Shown: positions 12,476 to 24,990 of the stretch, one piece after another
Layout of the letters: the number at the start of each line of letters is the position of its first letter
How positions within the stretch are numbered: position 1 is the first letter of the stretch
Assembly: GCA_002269645.1 (NCBI GenBank)
Contig: NIVC01001113.1
Coordinates: forward strand, 124,001-188,000
Length of the DNA stretch: 64,000 nucleotides
From: Macrostomum lignano
Lineage: Eukaryota
Direction of reading: 5' to 3'
Translations under genes and position numbers: made by a program
Notes under the pieces: model-generated
Database searches by the model: none
Told to the model about the DNA's origin: nothing
What the model saw: the letters and a program-made list of their open reading frames with translations, nothing else

Positions 12476-12995
12476 GCCTACTTCCAATTGTAGCTTATTT
12501 TATATTAGCTTAATAGCCTCTTTACAAATTCAAGTTTTTTTCTTATAATTAGGCTATAATCATATCTTGCTTAATACTTCTCTTTTAATTTTAAATTGCT
12601 ATTGTTTTAATATGGGCTCCATCATTTTAACAAACTAATTAGGCCTAAGTTAAATATTAAGTTAACTTAATTAGTATATTTAACTAATTAAGTTTAATTA
12701 GTTAAATATACATATTATATATATTACTATAAAAAATAATAGGCCCTAAGGCCTAAGCTTGATTAAAAACCAATAGAACTAAAACTTTTTTAAAATTTAA
12801 ATATAAAAATGTAAACAAACTGTTTTCTTATTCAACAATTCTTGGATGCAAGACATCTATATTCTATATCATTTCAAATTTAAAGTTGTTGGATACTAGG
12901 TCTCCCTTTCTAAAACTTTTCACACTAATAGAATGTCTAGGCCTATAAACTAGTATAGACTACATTGTTATAGGCCTAGGCCTATTCAAAGAGAC

Positions 12996-13559
12996 CCACA
13001 GCCAGGAAGACGGTAGAATCCTCGGAATTTTCCGGCGCAAATCAGCAATTTGCCGGCGCACGGCGCACACTTCACTGCGCCGCGCGCATGGGCTCGGCGC
13101 ATCGGCGCATGGCTCGGTGCATCGGTGCATGGCTCGGCGCATGGCGCACAAGGTACGTCAGTGTACGTGACAATATAATAATGAATAATAAAAAAACGTA
13201 TATTAAATGTCAATCAATCAATAAAATAAACGATAGTCGATACGATAGTCGTTATTTCCAATGTTGTTTCTATTTCAAATTTCATTAATCGACTTAACAA
13301 ACTTAACAAATTTGCGCCTTTCGCGGCTTTTGTTGCGTCTTTTTGCTTATATTTTGCAAATAGAAGCCATGATTGAACTGCTTGAACTTCCATTGATATT
13401 GATTCAATTTAGATACTTAATACTTGATGGTGCTTTCTCAAGTGTATTTTTCTCGGCGCATGGCGCACAAGTAATTTTTTTTTCTCGGCGCACGCGGCGC
13501 ACAGCAAAAATTTTGATGGATGTTATTCCGGCGCACACGCTGCACCTTCCTGACCATGG
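12996..13559. mobile_element. 564-bp hAT-type MITE
   Basis: Imperfect TIR (CCACAGCCAGGAAG versus CCATGGTCAGGAAG); 8-bp TSD AAAGAGAC (12988-12995 and 13560-13567); repeated GGCGCAC/GGCGCAT subterminal motifs. Confidence 0.75.
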
Positions 13560-14879
13560 AAAGAGACCAACCATTACAACATTTATCAATATCAACAAAG
13601 AGATTATTGGGCAGCTACCATCTCACTCTGCATTCCTACTTTTATTTCCTAGTACTAGTAGACAAACAGTTTTAGAAATAGAAAAGTTTTTATCTGCTAA
13701 GCAGATAAACTTTTAGTAAACAAAACAACTGGCAGTCCTGGCACCTATAAAATAATTCTAAAACCCTCAAATCATAACAAAAACCAGAATTCTAAGCCTA
13801 ATTAGGCCTATTCAAACTAAAATATACCTAGACTAGATGACTGGATCTCATTTCAATTGTCACTATCAAACTTAGCAACCTAGGCCCTTTATAACTTTAC
13901 TAATACATTTTTAGACACACCTTCCAACACTTTTTATAACACTTAAAATGTTGCAAAAAGTGTTTGAAAAAGTGTTATACAATTGACTTTTGCCAACATA
14001 TCTTCCAATATTTAAAATGTTGCTTAGAGCTAGGTCATGTACATATAATAACTAGTAATCTTATTAGGGTTACAAGGTCAGTATAGAATTAGAGATTAAG
14101 TATAGTTGGATGATTATGGACATTCATTCAAACATACAAACCTGTGCGTATGCCTAAGATTTAGTATATTTGGATATAGAACACGCCTCGACGTCGCTAT
14201 GAAGTCGCCATTGGTCGCCATCGTCGCGGGCAAATATTGGTTGCACTGTTTTAGTCGGGGCGACGTCATGAGAAGAGTAGTAAGAGTAGTAAGAGAATTT
14301 GGCTCAGGCAATTAGCCTGTTTGGCCAATATATTATAGAGCTATGTATTTGGAATTTTCGAATATAGAAGTTTATAGGGGCCTAAAGACGATTTGACGAC
14401 GATTTGCTGAGTTATTGTAAAAGATAAAGTATTTGAAAGCGACGTAGGCTTTTTTCAAAAATTATTTGATATGCTATAGAAGATCTTATATACTTACTTA
14501 AATCGGAATAACTTTTTTATGAATTTTTAAACTAGTTGAGCTGAACTATCCTTTATTTCTACACGAAGGTTATTTGCTCGTTTGTTATACGATGGATAGT
14601 AAAATTTTCTTGATCGAAGTAGCAAAATACGAACTGTTTCTTTTGACAATAAGTTAAATTTACTGATTAATAGTGACAGAAGTAGCTAAATAATTAATTC
14701 TGCATTTGATCTCTGTACCTTGTGTGGTATAATATTGTATGACCTTATATTTATAAGATGATAGAGGCCTGTGGTCAACTGTCTTTAACGATTATTCAAA
14801 TTTATCATTTTCTTTGTGCTGTCTACATCTTAACAAGCAAACCTAATTTTGCCTCAGCCTACCTACCTATAAATATTGT

Positions 14880-15450
14880 GTGCGGATCATGTACCCGTGT
14901 ACGCCGGAAAAAATTCGGGCGTCTAGGACTTTGTACGCCAGTGTACGCCAAAAACAAAAAGTTGCGCTAAAATGTACACCAAAAATTCCTAAAAAAAGGT
15001 CATTTGGTTTTCACGAGTAGAGTTTTCTAAGAAAGGCTTTTGTATGACAAATGTTTTTAAAATATTACGAATATTTTCAATTTAAACAAACCTAAATTAT
15101 ACTTACAAAAAATATGATGCAAAATTAATACTCTTAGCAAAAAAATACACTAATTTTATTTATTATTAATTTAAAAGAAGCTAAAAGTTTATCACTGACG
15201 ATTTAATTTTCTTTTACTTTACACAAAAACGTTAATTTACATTACAATTTTCATGCATGGCATGAATTTATTCACCAAAATTTGTACGCCAAAAAAGTAT
15301 GCGTGGCTGTGTTACTTGTGTACGCCAATAGTGTACGCCAACAAAGTGCGCCAGGGGTTGTGTACGCCGATTGTGTACGCCAAGGACTTAGGGTGGCCGT
15401 TTTGTACGCCGGAAAAGTTCCGGCGTACATGCATACCATCCGCAACCTGG
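14880..15450. mobile_element. Probable non-autonomous DNA transposon with TGTACGCC subterminal repeats
   Basis: Partial inverted ends (TGCGGAT...TGTACGCCGGA) and many TGTACGCC motifs; no TSD found. Confidence 0.45.
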
Positions 15451-18204
15451 GACCTAGGCTATCTAATAAGATTATAAGATATGATTTACAAAATTATTTA
15501 TATTTATAATGACATACATAATAGGCCTACATATTTATTATTAATGTTAAAAGTTAGGCCCTAACTTTGTTTAATCTAATCTTTGGCCAAAATTCATATT
15601 TTGAAAATTAGTCTAGTGTACTATTAATTAGGAATTTAAGAGGTTAGTTTATAGAATTTTTTTGCATTTTTAAGCCTATACTTTTATAATGACTATGTAT
15701 TGGGATTGCCATTAGGATTAGCATGCCATTGATTAGGCCCTATTTTGTCTATCTATTTTAAATTGCTTTATAATTTATGCTTTGAAAACTTAACCAATTT
15801 CTATGTCTAACTTGGCTTTTAGGTAAGCCTATTATTATTTTTTGCCTTTTATCCCTCAATTTATTGATAGAAAATAAAAAATTCTAATAAAATCTAATAA
15901 AATTATTAAATATCTAATCTTATTTTAATCTTTAATAATTATCTAATTATCTAATAAATTAATAATTAAATTAATGTAACTAACTAAAAAGGCCTATAAA
16001 TCTTTATACTAAATAATAGCTACCTATAGATTATTTAATATTGATTTTTATAAGCTTTTATTCTATGTATTTCCTTGAAAAAATATTCATTTTTTGTTTC
16101 TTATATACAAATAATATATTTTTATCAAATTTTGCATTGCAGATGGCATACTTTGCCCAAGAAGTTAAATGATGTCATGCTCCCATCATGTGCACCAGAT
16201 AAGGCAATTGCAGCTAATTACAGCAGAATACCAAAGAGATTATGTCAACACAAAGCCTGATGAACATTCATGAGCATTGAGCAGGTCCATCAGGACATCA
16301 GCAAGACAATAACTGGACAAGTGCAGGAACTTCCATTTCTATATTTCCTGATGCATCTGAGTCATGATGTGGAGGACCATGGCGAAGTTGGCTGCTTTCA
16401 GTGTCCCACCATTTCCTTTTAAGAATAGTGAGTATGCTTAATGCTTAAAGTCAGATATTTCAAGTTAGAAAAATGAAACTTAATTTCTTTCCTGTTGTAA
16501 AATGATAATGTTTAGCATTGTAGTCCAATTGTCACTAATGTAATGTACTGATAAATTTCATTGCAGCATAATTGCTTTGTCCACAAGCTGTGCATGCAGT
16601 GCAGTTCCGTCGCCGGCTCCAGGACCTAGTTCTCTGCAGTCTGAATCGAGGGGGACTTGATGTGAAGGAAATGGTTCGATTTAAGTAATAATTATGCTGC
16701 CAACATGTAAGGTTTAACTGGAAAATCTGGAGCAATTTCGTTTGACACTGTTTTTTATTGTCCCTTTGACCCTTCTCAGTGAGTAAAATATCTGCACTTC
16801 AAAATGCATTTGTAAATTCAAAATCATTTGTCTTTGAGTGTAACTGTGTAAAAATTACTTTTCTGATAATAATAACTAAATTAACCAACAAAAAAACCTT
16901 TTTAAATTGAATTATATTGAATAATTTATAAATTCAATCAAGATATTTAACCAGAGCAAGGTAGCTTATTAATCTTCGTTTAATTTCATCTATAATCTTA
17001 GTAAAAATTAATTGAATTATGATTTCGAGATTCGCACTATATTGAAGGTGCTAAGCAATCTGTAATATATGGTCGCCGTTTGGTCGCCAGTACGTGAAAT
17101 TCTGACGTCGCCTGGGGTCGTAATGGCGACGTCGCCGCGCGCGACAAAATGGCTGGTTTGGCGACGTTATTTTGCGACGTGTTAGCGACGTCGAGGCAAC
17201 GGCATTGCTTTGATTGGGCTATAATTTAATAAAATTTTTGGGCGCCTAATGGACGCCATTTCGCTAATCCCTGAACGGCCGACGCGTCGCCATGGGCATT
17301 GCGAGGCTGTTCTCTAAGCTGCGCTTGCACCATTGGTGCAATGGGCGGAGGATTGCGGCTCAGGAGAGAAAGCGCGGGCGAGCATTTTGCAATGAGCAAT
17401 CGAGGAAGTTCAAGAGGATGAGTGTGATTGCATGAAATTTGCTATTTCTGTTGCGTCTGGCATTTCCCTAAATTGCGTGCAGCGCTAAAACTTAAACCTT
17501 TTGTTATATGTTTGTTATTGTTACTTTTGTTTTTTAGCTTACATATACATGGCAATGAGGTTATAACAGTTCTTACTACTTCTCATGACTTTGCGCACGC
17601 ACCGTTTGAACAAATTAATTACAATGATAGCGCAGCATTCATCTGCAGCGTATCGTTAGATTGCGATACTGCAACGCCATCTAACTTACTTGAAATTTCG
17701 AAATCTAGCTTGTTCAGCCTTCAACGAAAGACACAAGAATGCAGTCAAACATTAGCAGCTGTGTTTTAACTCTGAATATAGTCTTGATTAAGTTATTTGA
17801 CTGCGCCAGAATCAATTTTTATAAGAATTCAAGTAAACTACAGAGGCAAAATTAGAAATTTCATGGGGTATTACTCCTCCAAAATGGGGTACTACTCAGA
17901 GGCTTGATACCCCAATTCGGGTACTAATCAATAGCGAAAAAAAAAACACTGATTCAGAGAGCTTTTAAAGGCTGTCTTGAGCTCAACTTTTACATTCAAC
18001 TTTGCGTTTAAAAAATCGCAGCTACTTATCAGCTTCACAACGTTATAGTAGTGCAAGCGCATTTATTTTCGCTTTCAATAGAGAACTGTGCCGATTCGCC
18101 ATTCTGTGTATATTCTGTGATTTAGGTATTTTGTTTTATTCTGTGTTTTAATTTACTGATTGATCAGTTTATATAACGATAAATATATTGGAGTGCTCTA
18201 TATA

Positions 18205-19553
18205 CGAGGGGCATCCCAAAAGTCCGTTCAGTCACTGAATAAAAACGCAACAGTGCAACAGGAAAGTTTAAAAACTTCATAGGCCTTCAAAATAACTTCC
18301 ATTGGCCGCAATCACACGCTGCCAGCGCTCTGGTAGTTTCTTGACTCCGTCAGTAGCGCCAGAATCACACAGGTGTTGAAGCACCTGGACGATGATGCTG
18401 AAGAGTTCGTCCAGGCAGTAGTAGCGGTGGCCTCGTAGCTGATTTTTTAGCTTTGGAAAGAGATCGAAGTCACAAGGACTCAGGTCGGGAGAATAGGCGG
18501 GATGAGGTAGGACTTCCCAGCCGTAGTTTGCCAGCAGCTCCTTGACAATCCAACCAGTGTGGGGGCTTGCGTTGTCATGCAGCAATAGGGGTCCATTCGA
18601 AAGTGTCAGTGCTCGCTTCTTCTGGAGCGCTGGTCGAAGATGGTAAATAATAAAGCGTCTGTAATACTGATTTACAGTCTGTCCCTCAGGCACTCTGTGT
18701 ACAAGAACCATACCAAAGTAATCATAGCAGACGATGAGCATCATCTTCTTGGACCCCTTGCTGCGCCTCAGGACTTCTGGCCGGGAAGACTGTGCGGCAG
18801 AACGGTCGCGCTGCTGCCATTCAGAATTCTGCGACTTTAGATTCGGTTCATATGAGCAGGCCCACGTCTCATCTAAAGTCACAATTCTCTGAAGAAATTT
18901 CTCTCCCTCCTTCCGAAAGCGCTGCAGCAGCTGCTGGGCAACAGTTCTCCGACGATCCTTCTGTGCATCATCCAGGTGGTGAGGCACCCATCGAGCTGTG
19001 ACCTTCTGCAAGCCCAGATCTTCTGTTAAAATTCGGTGCACACTAGTAGATGGAATTCCAGTCAGTTCCTCCAGTTCTTCACAAGTCCACCGACGATCGA
19101 TTTCGAGGATGCCCTTCACCAGCTCAACGTTGGCATCTGATCGAGACTCCCTTGGCCGTCCTGATTGCTGGCCATCCTCGATGTCGAATTGCCCATCTCT
19201 GAAGCGCGTATACCAATTGTACACAGATCTCTCAGTAAAGGCACGGTCTTTGAATGCTTCAACAAGTTGCCGGTGAACTTGCGCAGCTTTTGTTCCTCGC
19301 AAAAATTCGGCTTTGATGTACAAGCGTTGCTCGATATTGTTAACGTCCTCCATCAGTTAATCAGATCGGCCAAGTTTAAAATCACTAGACTGGTTAATTT
19401 ATTATAACACTTCGAATACTCGATATATAAGCTCAAAATTTTATAAAGTTAAAGAGGGGTTGCTCTAGTAAATAACTGTGAGTGGTTGAGCTCTTTACTC
19501 GTCGTTTATGGTAAAAACGGCACGTACTGAACGGACTTTTGGGATGCCCCTCG
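18205..19553 (-). mobile_element. Full-length mariner (Tc1/mariner, DD34D) DNA transposon, 1349 bp
   Basis: Perfect 28-bp TIR CGAGGGGCATCCCAAAAGTCCGTTCAGT (18205-18232 and 19526-19553) flanked by TA on both sides. Confidence 0.96.
18277..19353 (-). CDS. Mariner transposase, 358 aa, uninterrupted
   Basis: N-terminal HTH domains, WVPH and YSPDL motifs, catalytic TLDETW, LHDNASPH and SPCDF with D-34-D spacing. Confidence 0.95.
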   Translation of the reverse strand: MEDVNNIEQRLYIKAEFLRGTKAAQVHRQLVEAFKDRAFTERSVYNWYTRFRDGQFDIEDGQQSGRPRESRSDANVELVKGILEIDRRWTCEELEELTGIPSTSVHRILTEDLGLQKVTARWVPHHLDDAQKDRRRTVAQQLLQRFRKEGEKFLQRIVTLDETWACSYEPNLKSQNSEWQQRDRSAAQSSRPEVLRRSKGSKKMMLIVCYDYFGMVLVHRVPEGQTVNQYYRRFIIYHLRPALQKKRALTLSNGPLLLHDNASPHTGWIVKELLANYGWEVLPHPAYSPDLSPCDFDLFPKLKNQLRGHRYYCLDELFSIIVQVLQHLCDSGATDGVKKLPERWQRVIAANGSYFEGL

Positions 19554-19609
19554 TAGCTCACCTACTTTCTTCTCAACTGCAACTGCAATATACTCAAGTT
19601 AATTTGATC

Positions 19610-19950
19610 ATGGCTTCATCTGAGGTTTCTATGGCGCTTCACCTGGGGTTTTCATGGCGCTTCACTTGAGGTTTCCATGATGGCGCTTCACCTGCATGAG
19701 GTTTTCATGGCGCTTCACCTGCATGAGGTTTTCATGGCGCTTCACCTACATGAGGTTTTCATGGCGCTTCACCTGCATGAGGTTTCCATGGCGCTTCACC
19801 TGCATGAGGTTTCCATGGCGCTTCACCTGCATGAGGTTTCCATGGCGCTTCACCTGCATGAGGTTTTCATGGCGCTTCACCTGCATGAGGTTTCCATGGC
19901 TTTACCTGAGGTTTATATGGGATTATACCTAAGGTTTATATGGGATTATA
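19610..19950. repeat. 21-22-bp minisatellite (ACCTGCATGAGGTTTTCATGGCGCTTC / ACCTGAGGTTTCCATGG family), array 1
   Basis: Same family as the arrays at 27040-27535 and 27825-28620. Confidence 0.88.
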
Positions 19951-20142
19951 CCTGAGGTTTATATGGGGCCAAACGAATTGTGTTTCCGTGGCGCGATATA
20001 TACAAGAACCCGAGAGTCCTTAGGTTTTAGATATACCTGAGATTTGATTCGCTGCTAGCTATACTAAGTGATATATCCAATCATTTGATCATTCATGATA
20101 TTCTGCGCTATCTTTGGTGACAGCTTAGACAAGAATAGATAG

Positions 20143-20760
20143 TCATTCAAATGTGAGCCAATAATTTGCTGATTCTGTGTGACACACCAGCATGCATGAG
20201 CTCTGCCACTTCCAGCAATTTGAATTGGCGTTCCATCTCTCAGTGACAGCTCTGGTAACTGCTCTGCTTGGGGTGACTAAGCTGTCATCCCGCTTGCACT
20301 TCAGTCGCAGGAACTTCCAGGAAGCGTGTCCGTTGGAACTCCGTTGGATCAACGTACCCTTTTCCACTGGGTTTCTCTTCAGTTCCTGCTGGCACACCTC
20401 ACACTTGCACTCGGTTTTAAAGAAGCGGAACAGCAACCAACCGCCGACATATGCGCACTTCTCGTGATCTAAATCATCCGATGTAGCAAAGAGCTCATCA
20501 CCTGCTTCCGTGAGATCTGAGTCACAAGTGTTGCCCTGCATGTGGACTGGATCTGGAGCAATTCTTGGCTCACTGCAGCCTTGGATGCTCTCTGGCTGCT
20601 GAAAACCGGTGAAATCTTGCCCGGCGTAGTTGGGGCATCCGTATGCAGCTAGCGCACTGAAGCCTCGAAGCAGACGCAGTCATGCGAAAACAGTATCACA
20701 ATAAGCTGCGTATTCAAACTCTAGCAGATATGCCTTCGGTATTATCACTTTTGAAGCCAA
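20143..20760 (-). pseudogene. Degenerate P-element/THAP9-like transposase C-terminal remnant
   Basis: GNTCDSD followed by an acidic patch and AYVGGWLL...CKCEVC resembles the P-type transposase C-terminal region; stops upstream. Recognised by eye only. Confidence 0.45.
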
Positions 20761-21309
20761 ACCTAGCTTCAGCAGCACCAGCTTGGGCCATAGAGAATGC
20801 AATACAGCAGACAGGCTAGCGCGATCAATAATGCATTTGACCTACATTTGAATACATTTGGCATGCTTTCACGCCACGCGAGCTTGTGCTAGAACGCCCA
20901 AGGCATGCTGTCTATAGCACTAACTTAAAGCGCAGCAGAAGGCAGGGCCAGCCTTAAGGTAGTTTCTAAAAATCACAGTTCAGAAGGGGGGTGGGTTGGT
21001 TCTATCAAGCCTTCCTATATTCTGTGGGACAAACCCGCAATAAATGGCAGAGAATTGGTAAAGTGCCATTCAGCCTCCTTAGTTTTTCTTCACAACAAGA
21101 GTAGCCAAGTATAGAATATCATTCTTGTGCAAGAAATTTCTCAAAATGCGGGATTCGCCATTCTGTGTATATTCTCTGGTCTAAATTATACGGAACTTTT
21201 ATTTGATATAATCTACTGACAGTAGAAATATTAGGAAAACACGCTAAAATAACTTATAAAAATATGTCAATACATGTACTGTTTAACTAATTTAATATTT
21301 TAGATACTA

Positions 21310-23700
21310 CACAACATCTCCCCCCGATCACCAGCGGTCACCAGCTGTTGGATCTGGAACAGCTGTGCACCCCGAGAGACTTCCTCACTGGCGTCGCTGG
21401 TGATGGTGACGATCGTGTCCACGCTCGTGTGTCAATACCGATGGATTGCAGATTGCAGCCTTCAACCCCCGGAAAGCTTGCTCGCATTCGGTTGTCCACT
21501 CGTCCACTCGAACTCGGCGTCGCTCTTGAGCAGATGTCGATCAGAGGCAAATTGGGTTTGGGCACGAGGAAGTTGGCCGATCCCCAGGAACGCCTGCAGC
21601 TCCTTCTTCCTCCAGTCGCTTCAGCAGAGACTTGAGTCGGTGCTCAGTCTCCGTTGCTCGGTGAACAATGATGTCATCCAAGAAGTGCTCCATTCCGGGC
21701 AGGATACTACCAGGTCGTCCAGCATCCTCTCTGTAGGTTCCAGAAAATTTCGTCAATCTGTCATTTGGTAATTTAAAATGAAAGAAAAAATCGAGATCGA
21801 CTTACTTTGATGCCTTGCTGAAATAAGCCTACTGTGTCGAATAGGAACTTTACTTGTCGTTCAAGCGAAGTGTTTCTAAGAAAACCCACATACTTATAAC
21901 GTCAAAATAAAAAATTAAGAACTAAACGGGAAGTGTAAAATTAAAAGGAAAAAGCATAATTAATTTATAATGAATATTATATATGTAATCTGCAGATGAT
22001 CAAAACAATCTATTTAACACGGTTCCCATTAGTATTCGAATCAAGGAATACTCAAGTTGACTATTAAAGTGATTTACTAGAAACAATTAACTTTAAACAC
22101 AACAAGTGAAATCTCCTTTCGATTCTGACCTATTTTAGAAGTAAATTTGATTCAATTTTACTTTAAAATCACGCACAAATCTTCTTTGACGAAAAGTTTT
22201 TTGACGAAATGTCCGTCCACTCCTCCGGAAGGCCGCAGGCGCTGACGCTTGACCAACGGCACCTGGCGGTGTCGGTACAGGCCCTGCAAGGTACGTTATG
22301 AGTCGCATGATGACTCGTGCAGCCGCATTTGCCTGTAGCCCGCCATGAGGTCGATCTTGGAGAAGGCGCGGCCGCTGGCTGTCTTGATATTCGTCAAGAT
22401 CTCGCCCAACGGAGGCATCCCGTGCTGGTCAATGACGAGCGACTTGTGCACATCGATGCAGACTCGAATGTTGCCGTTCTTCTTGTTGGCGACCACCAGG
22501 TTGGAAATCCAGGGGCTGGAGTTCACTCGCTCGATGATGCCCGCTGCCTCCAGCTGGTCAAGCTCCTCGCCGATCTGTTGCTGCTTTGCTAGAGGCAGGT
22601 GGCACAGCGGCTGCTGTACTTTGCTTTGCAAAGTGTTGATCCTCGGCTGGTTTACCGCTCCTTTGCACAGCTCGATTGAGCCGTTGAAGACCGCTAAGAA
22701 TTCCTTTGCGATATCGACACTGGCAATTCCGGTATCGGCACCTGGAAGCTGCCCAGCTTTTCCACCAGGTCGCGGCCGATGAAGTTCTCGCCCGATCTCG
22801 TGATTTGGAAGACGTGTTGCAGCTGCCAACTCCGGTGCTGGATGTCTATCTGCTTGCCGACGTACAATCGTAGATGCACCGCCAAAGGTCTCAGTTGAAG
22901 GTCGCTAAGGCTTTTTGCCGTGAGGATGTTGAGCAGCTGGCCACCTTAGCACCGCAGTCGACCACCAAGCTATCGATCTTTCGAGCATTGCCCAGTCGCA
23001 GCTCGACTCGGATCTCGTCGTTACCATGCACCGAGTAGATTGTAACTGACTCCTCCGCGCCGCAACTGCAGAGCCTTGCTGCGGCAACATCAACTGAAAT
23101 GATTGAGCTTGCCGCAGTTTTTTTTCACTTTTGTCATGCCGCCGCGGGGGTCGTGACTCCGGCTGCATCGCTGACAGGGGCCGGCGGCAATTGATGCTGT
23201 CACTTCTGTAGCTTCTTTCTAGCCGGAGCGCCGCGGTGGCCTCGGGGCCCAGCATCATGCACAGCCTGGACGTTTCCCGATGAGCTGGCAGCCGCCATCG
23301 CTTTGCTGCCAGCCGCTGCCTCCCTAATAGCAGTCGCGATCACAATGGCCTAGCTAGTCCAAAGTCAACCTGGCAGCGTCCTCCGTCAGTAGACGCTCGC
23401 GAATCCGAGGGCTGCTGGTCTTCTGTGCCAGCTGGTCGCGAATCAACTCGTCACTCAGAGCTCCATAGTTGCAGGTGGCTGATGGCTCTTGCAGTGACAA
23501 AGTGACTAAGGTGACTGCGTCCTCTCCAGGCAACTGCTGTCGCTCCTGTTCACATCACGTTCACATTCGATGCATTTCGAGCCCTGGCGATCTGCTGCCC
23601 CTCGAAGAAGAGCAGGTGCAGCAGCAGGTTGCGGCACACCGTTGCAAGAGAGAGAACGTACTACTGCTTTTGAATACTCATCGCTGGTCTGCGACACTGT
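21310..23700 (-). mobile_element. Decayed Ty3/gypsy LTR retrotransposon (gag zinc knuckle, protease, RT N-terminus, 3-prime end)
   Basis: Broken zinc knuckle CQRCSRSH...NCGKLNHF; protease-like VVDCGA; RT motifs SPWISNLVVANKKNGNIRVCID and FSKIDLMAGYRQ (ORF 22296-22829); polypurine tract GGGGGGAGA followed by TGTTG near 21320; frameshifts, stops and internal deletions. Confidence 0.8.
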
Positions 23701-24659
23701 CGGGGTTTATTTTAGAAAATAAGCAGCCGTCGGAAGAGAAGGCCATAGGCGAACGTATGCTGGAGGAGACTCGATCTGTCCTATTCCAATCTGGACGAGC
23801 CCAATGTGTCGGAGAATGACGTCAACAACACTAAGATGTGGCTCAGGGTTAAGCTCGGTTTATATGTGCTTTATCTAATTTATCTAATACTCGATTTGGC
23901 GTTGTCTTTGTGATTCAATTGAAAAAATCTCAGCTGACCGCACTCTCAACTCTGAATCGTGAATACTGAACGTGGAATTATCAGACTCCGAGAAGTTAAG
24001 AAATTGAAGTACTGGAAGCAAAGAGTGAAAGTCGGCTATATCGAGAAGATTCGTCGACGGCTGCTCTGCATACAGAAGATTTTGCCATCAGCGAAAAGAG
24101 CTTCAAGCTGCATTGGATAGTGCATGCTGAGCAGACCAAGTTGCCGATCGGAAGGAACCGAGAACAGAGCCGCACAACGACCTGTTTGAGGGAGTTGCAC
24201 GTGAGTTGCTCTACAAAACTGCAAGTTTATTGTTTGTGTACAGGAACTGAGGCATCCCACAAGAGATCACTACCGACTGAGACCCAAAGTTGCTTCGTCT
24301 TCAAGGAGTCCGAGCTCTCTGTAGTTCTTAGGGAATTTTCCGGAGCAAAGTGTCTAAGACGTGTCAACAAAGAGAACTGGCGGAGTAGCATTCCACCCAG
24401 TCTGGAATAGTGCACCGTGTTCAGTGCTCAGTGCTTTAGAAACTCAATTGCATTTAATTCTGAAAGATCTTGTTAAACTTTACTGTGTATGCAAGAAAGA
24501 GTAAAATAGAAAATGCGGAGAAAACTCTTGAGAGTTGCCTGTTTGACTGATAGCTGTCATCAAACAAACAAATTCTGCATCATATTCATAGGCATGCAAG
24601 ACTGCAGTCTCTGCTCCGCTCTTCTCGCGTAAAAGCAGAAAAGTCAAACAACGTCGCTC

Positions 24660-24700
24660 CTTGGACCGGAAACACGTGCCAATCCGAAGCGCATAAATTC
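24660..24700 (+). promoter_or_regulatory. Putative core promoter of peptide gene copy A (CCGGAA, CACGTG, CCAAT, CATAAA)
   Basis: CCAAT at 24679-24683 and TATA-like CATAAA at 24692-24697, about 95 nt upstream of the ATG; CCGGAA, CCAAT and CATAAA are conserved in copy B, while the CACGTG hexamer there reads CACGTA. Confidence 0.45.
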
Positions 24701-24789
24701 GCAACTACCAGCTACTCAAGAATTCAATTTCAAATTCGACTTAATCTACACACAGATCCAAGACTCGACTCGACTGGACTCAAGCAATC

Positions 24790-24990
24790 ATGAAGTGGCA
24801 GCTCGCTCTCGGACTTTTGCTGTGCGCCGCCCTGGTCGTCGCCGTGCCCACCCAGGAGGAGAAGGCCATGGCCGAACGCGTGCTGGAGGAGACTCTGTCC
24901 AACATTGACGAGTCCAGCATGTCGAAGGAGAAGGCACTGGACCTGAAGAAGAAGATCTTCAGGGTTAGGGCCAGGATCCATATTGGTTAG
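24790..24990 (+). CDS. Secreted 66-aa prepropeptide, copy A (signal peptide, acidic spacer, KKK, IFRVRARIHI-Gly)
   Basis: Hydrophobic signal MKWQLALGLLLCAALVVA, GC-rich coding-like codon usage, ATCATGA start context, duplicated copy with only one amino-acid change. Confidence 0.8.
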   Translation: MKWQLALGLLLCAALVVAVPTQEEKAMAERVLEETLSNIDESSMSKEKALDLKKKIFRVRARIHIG

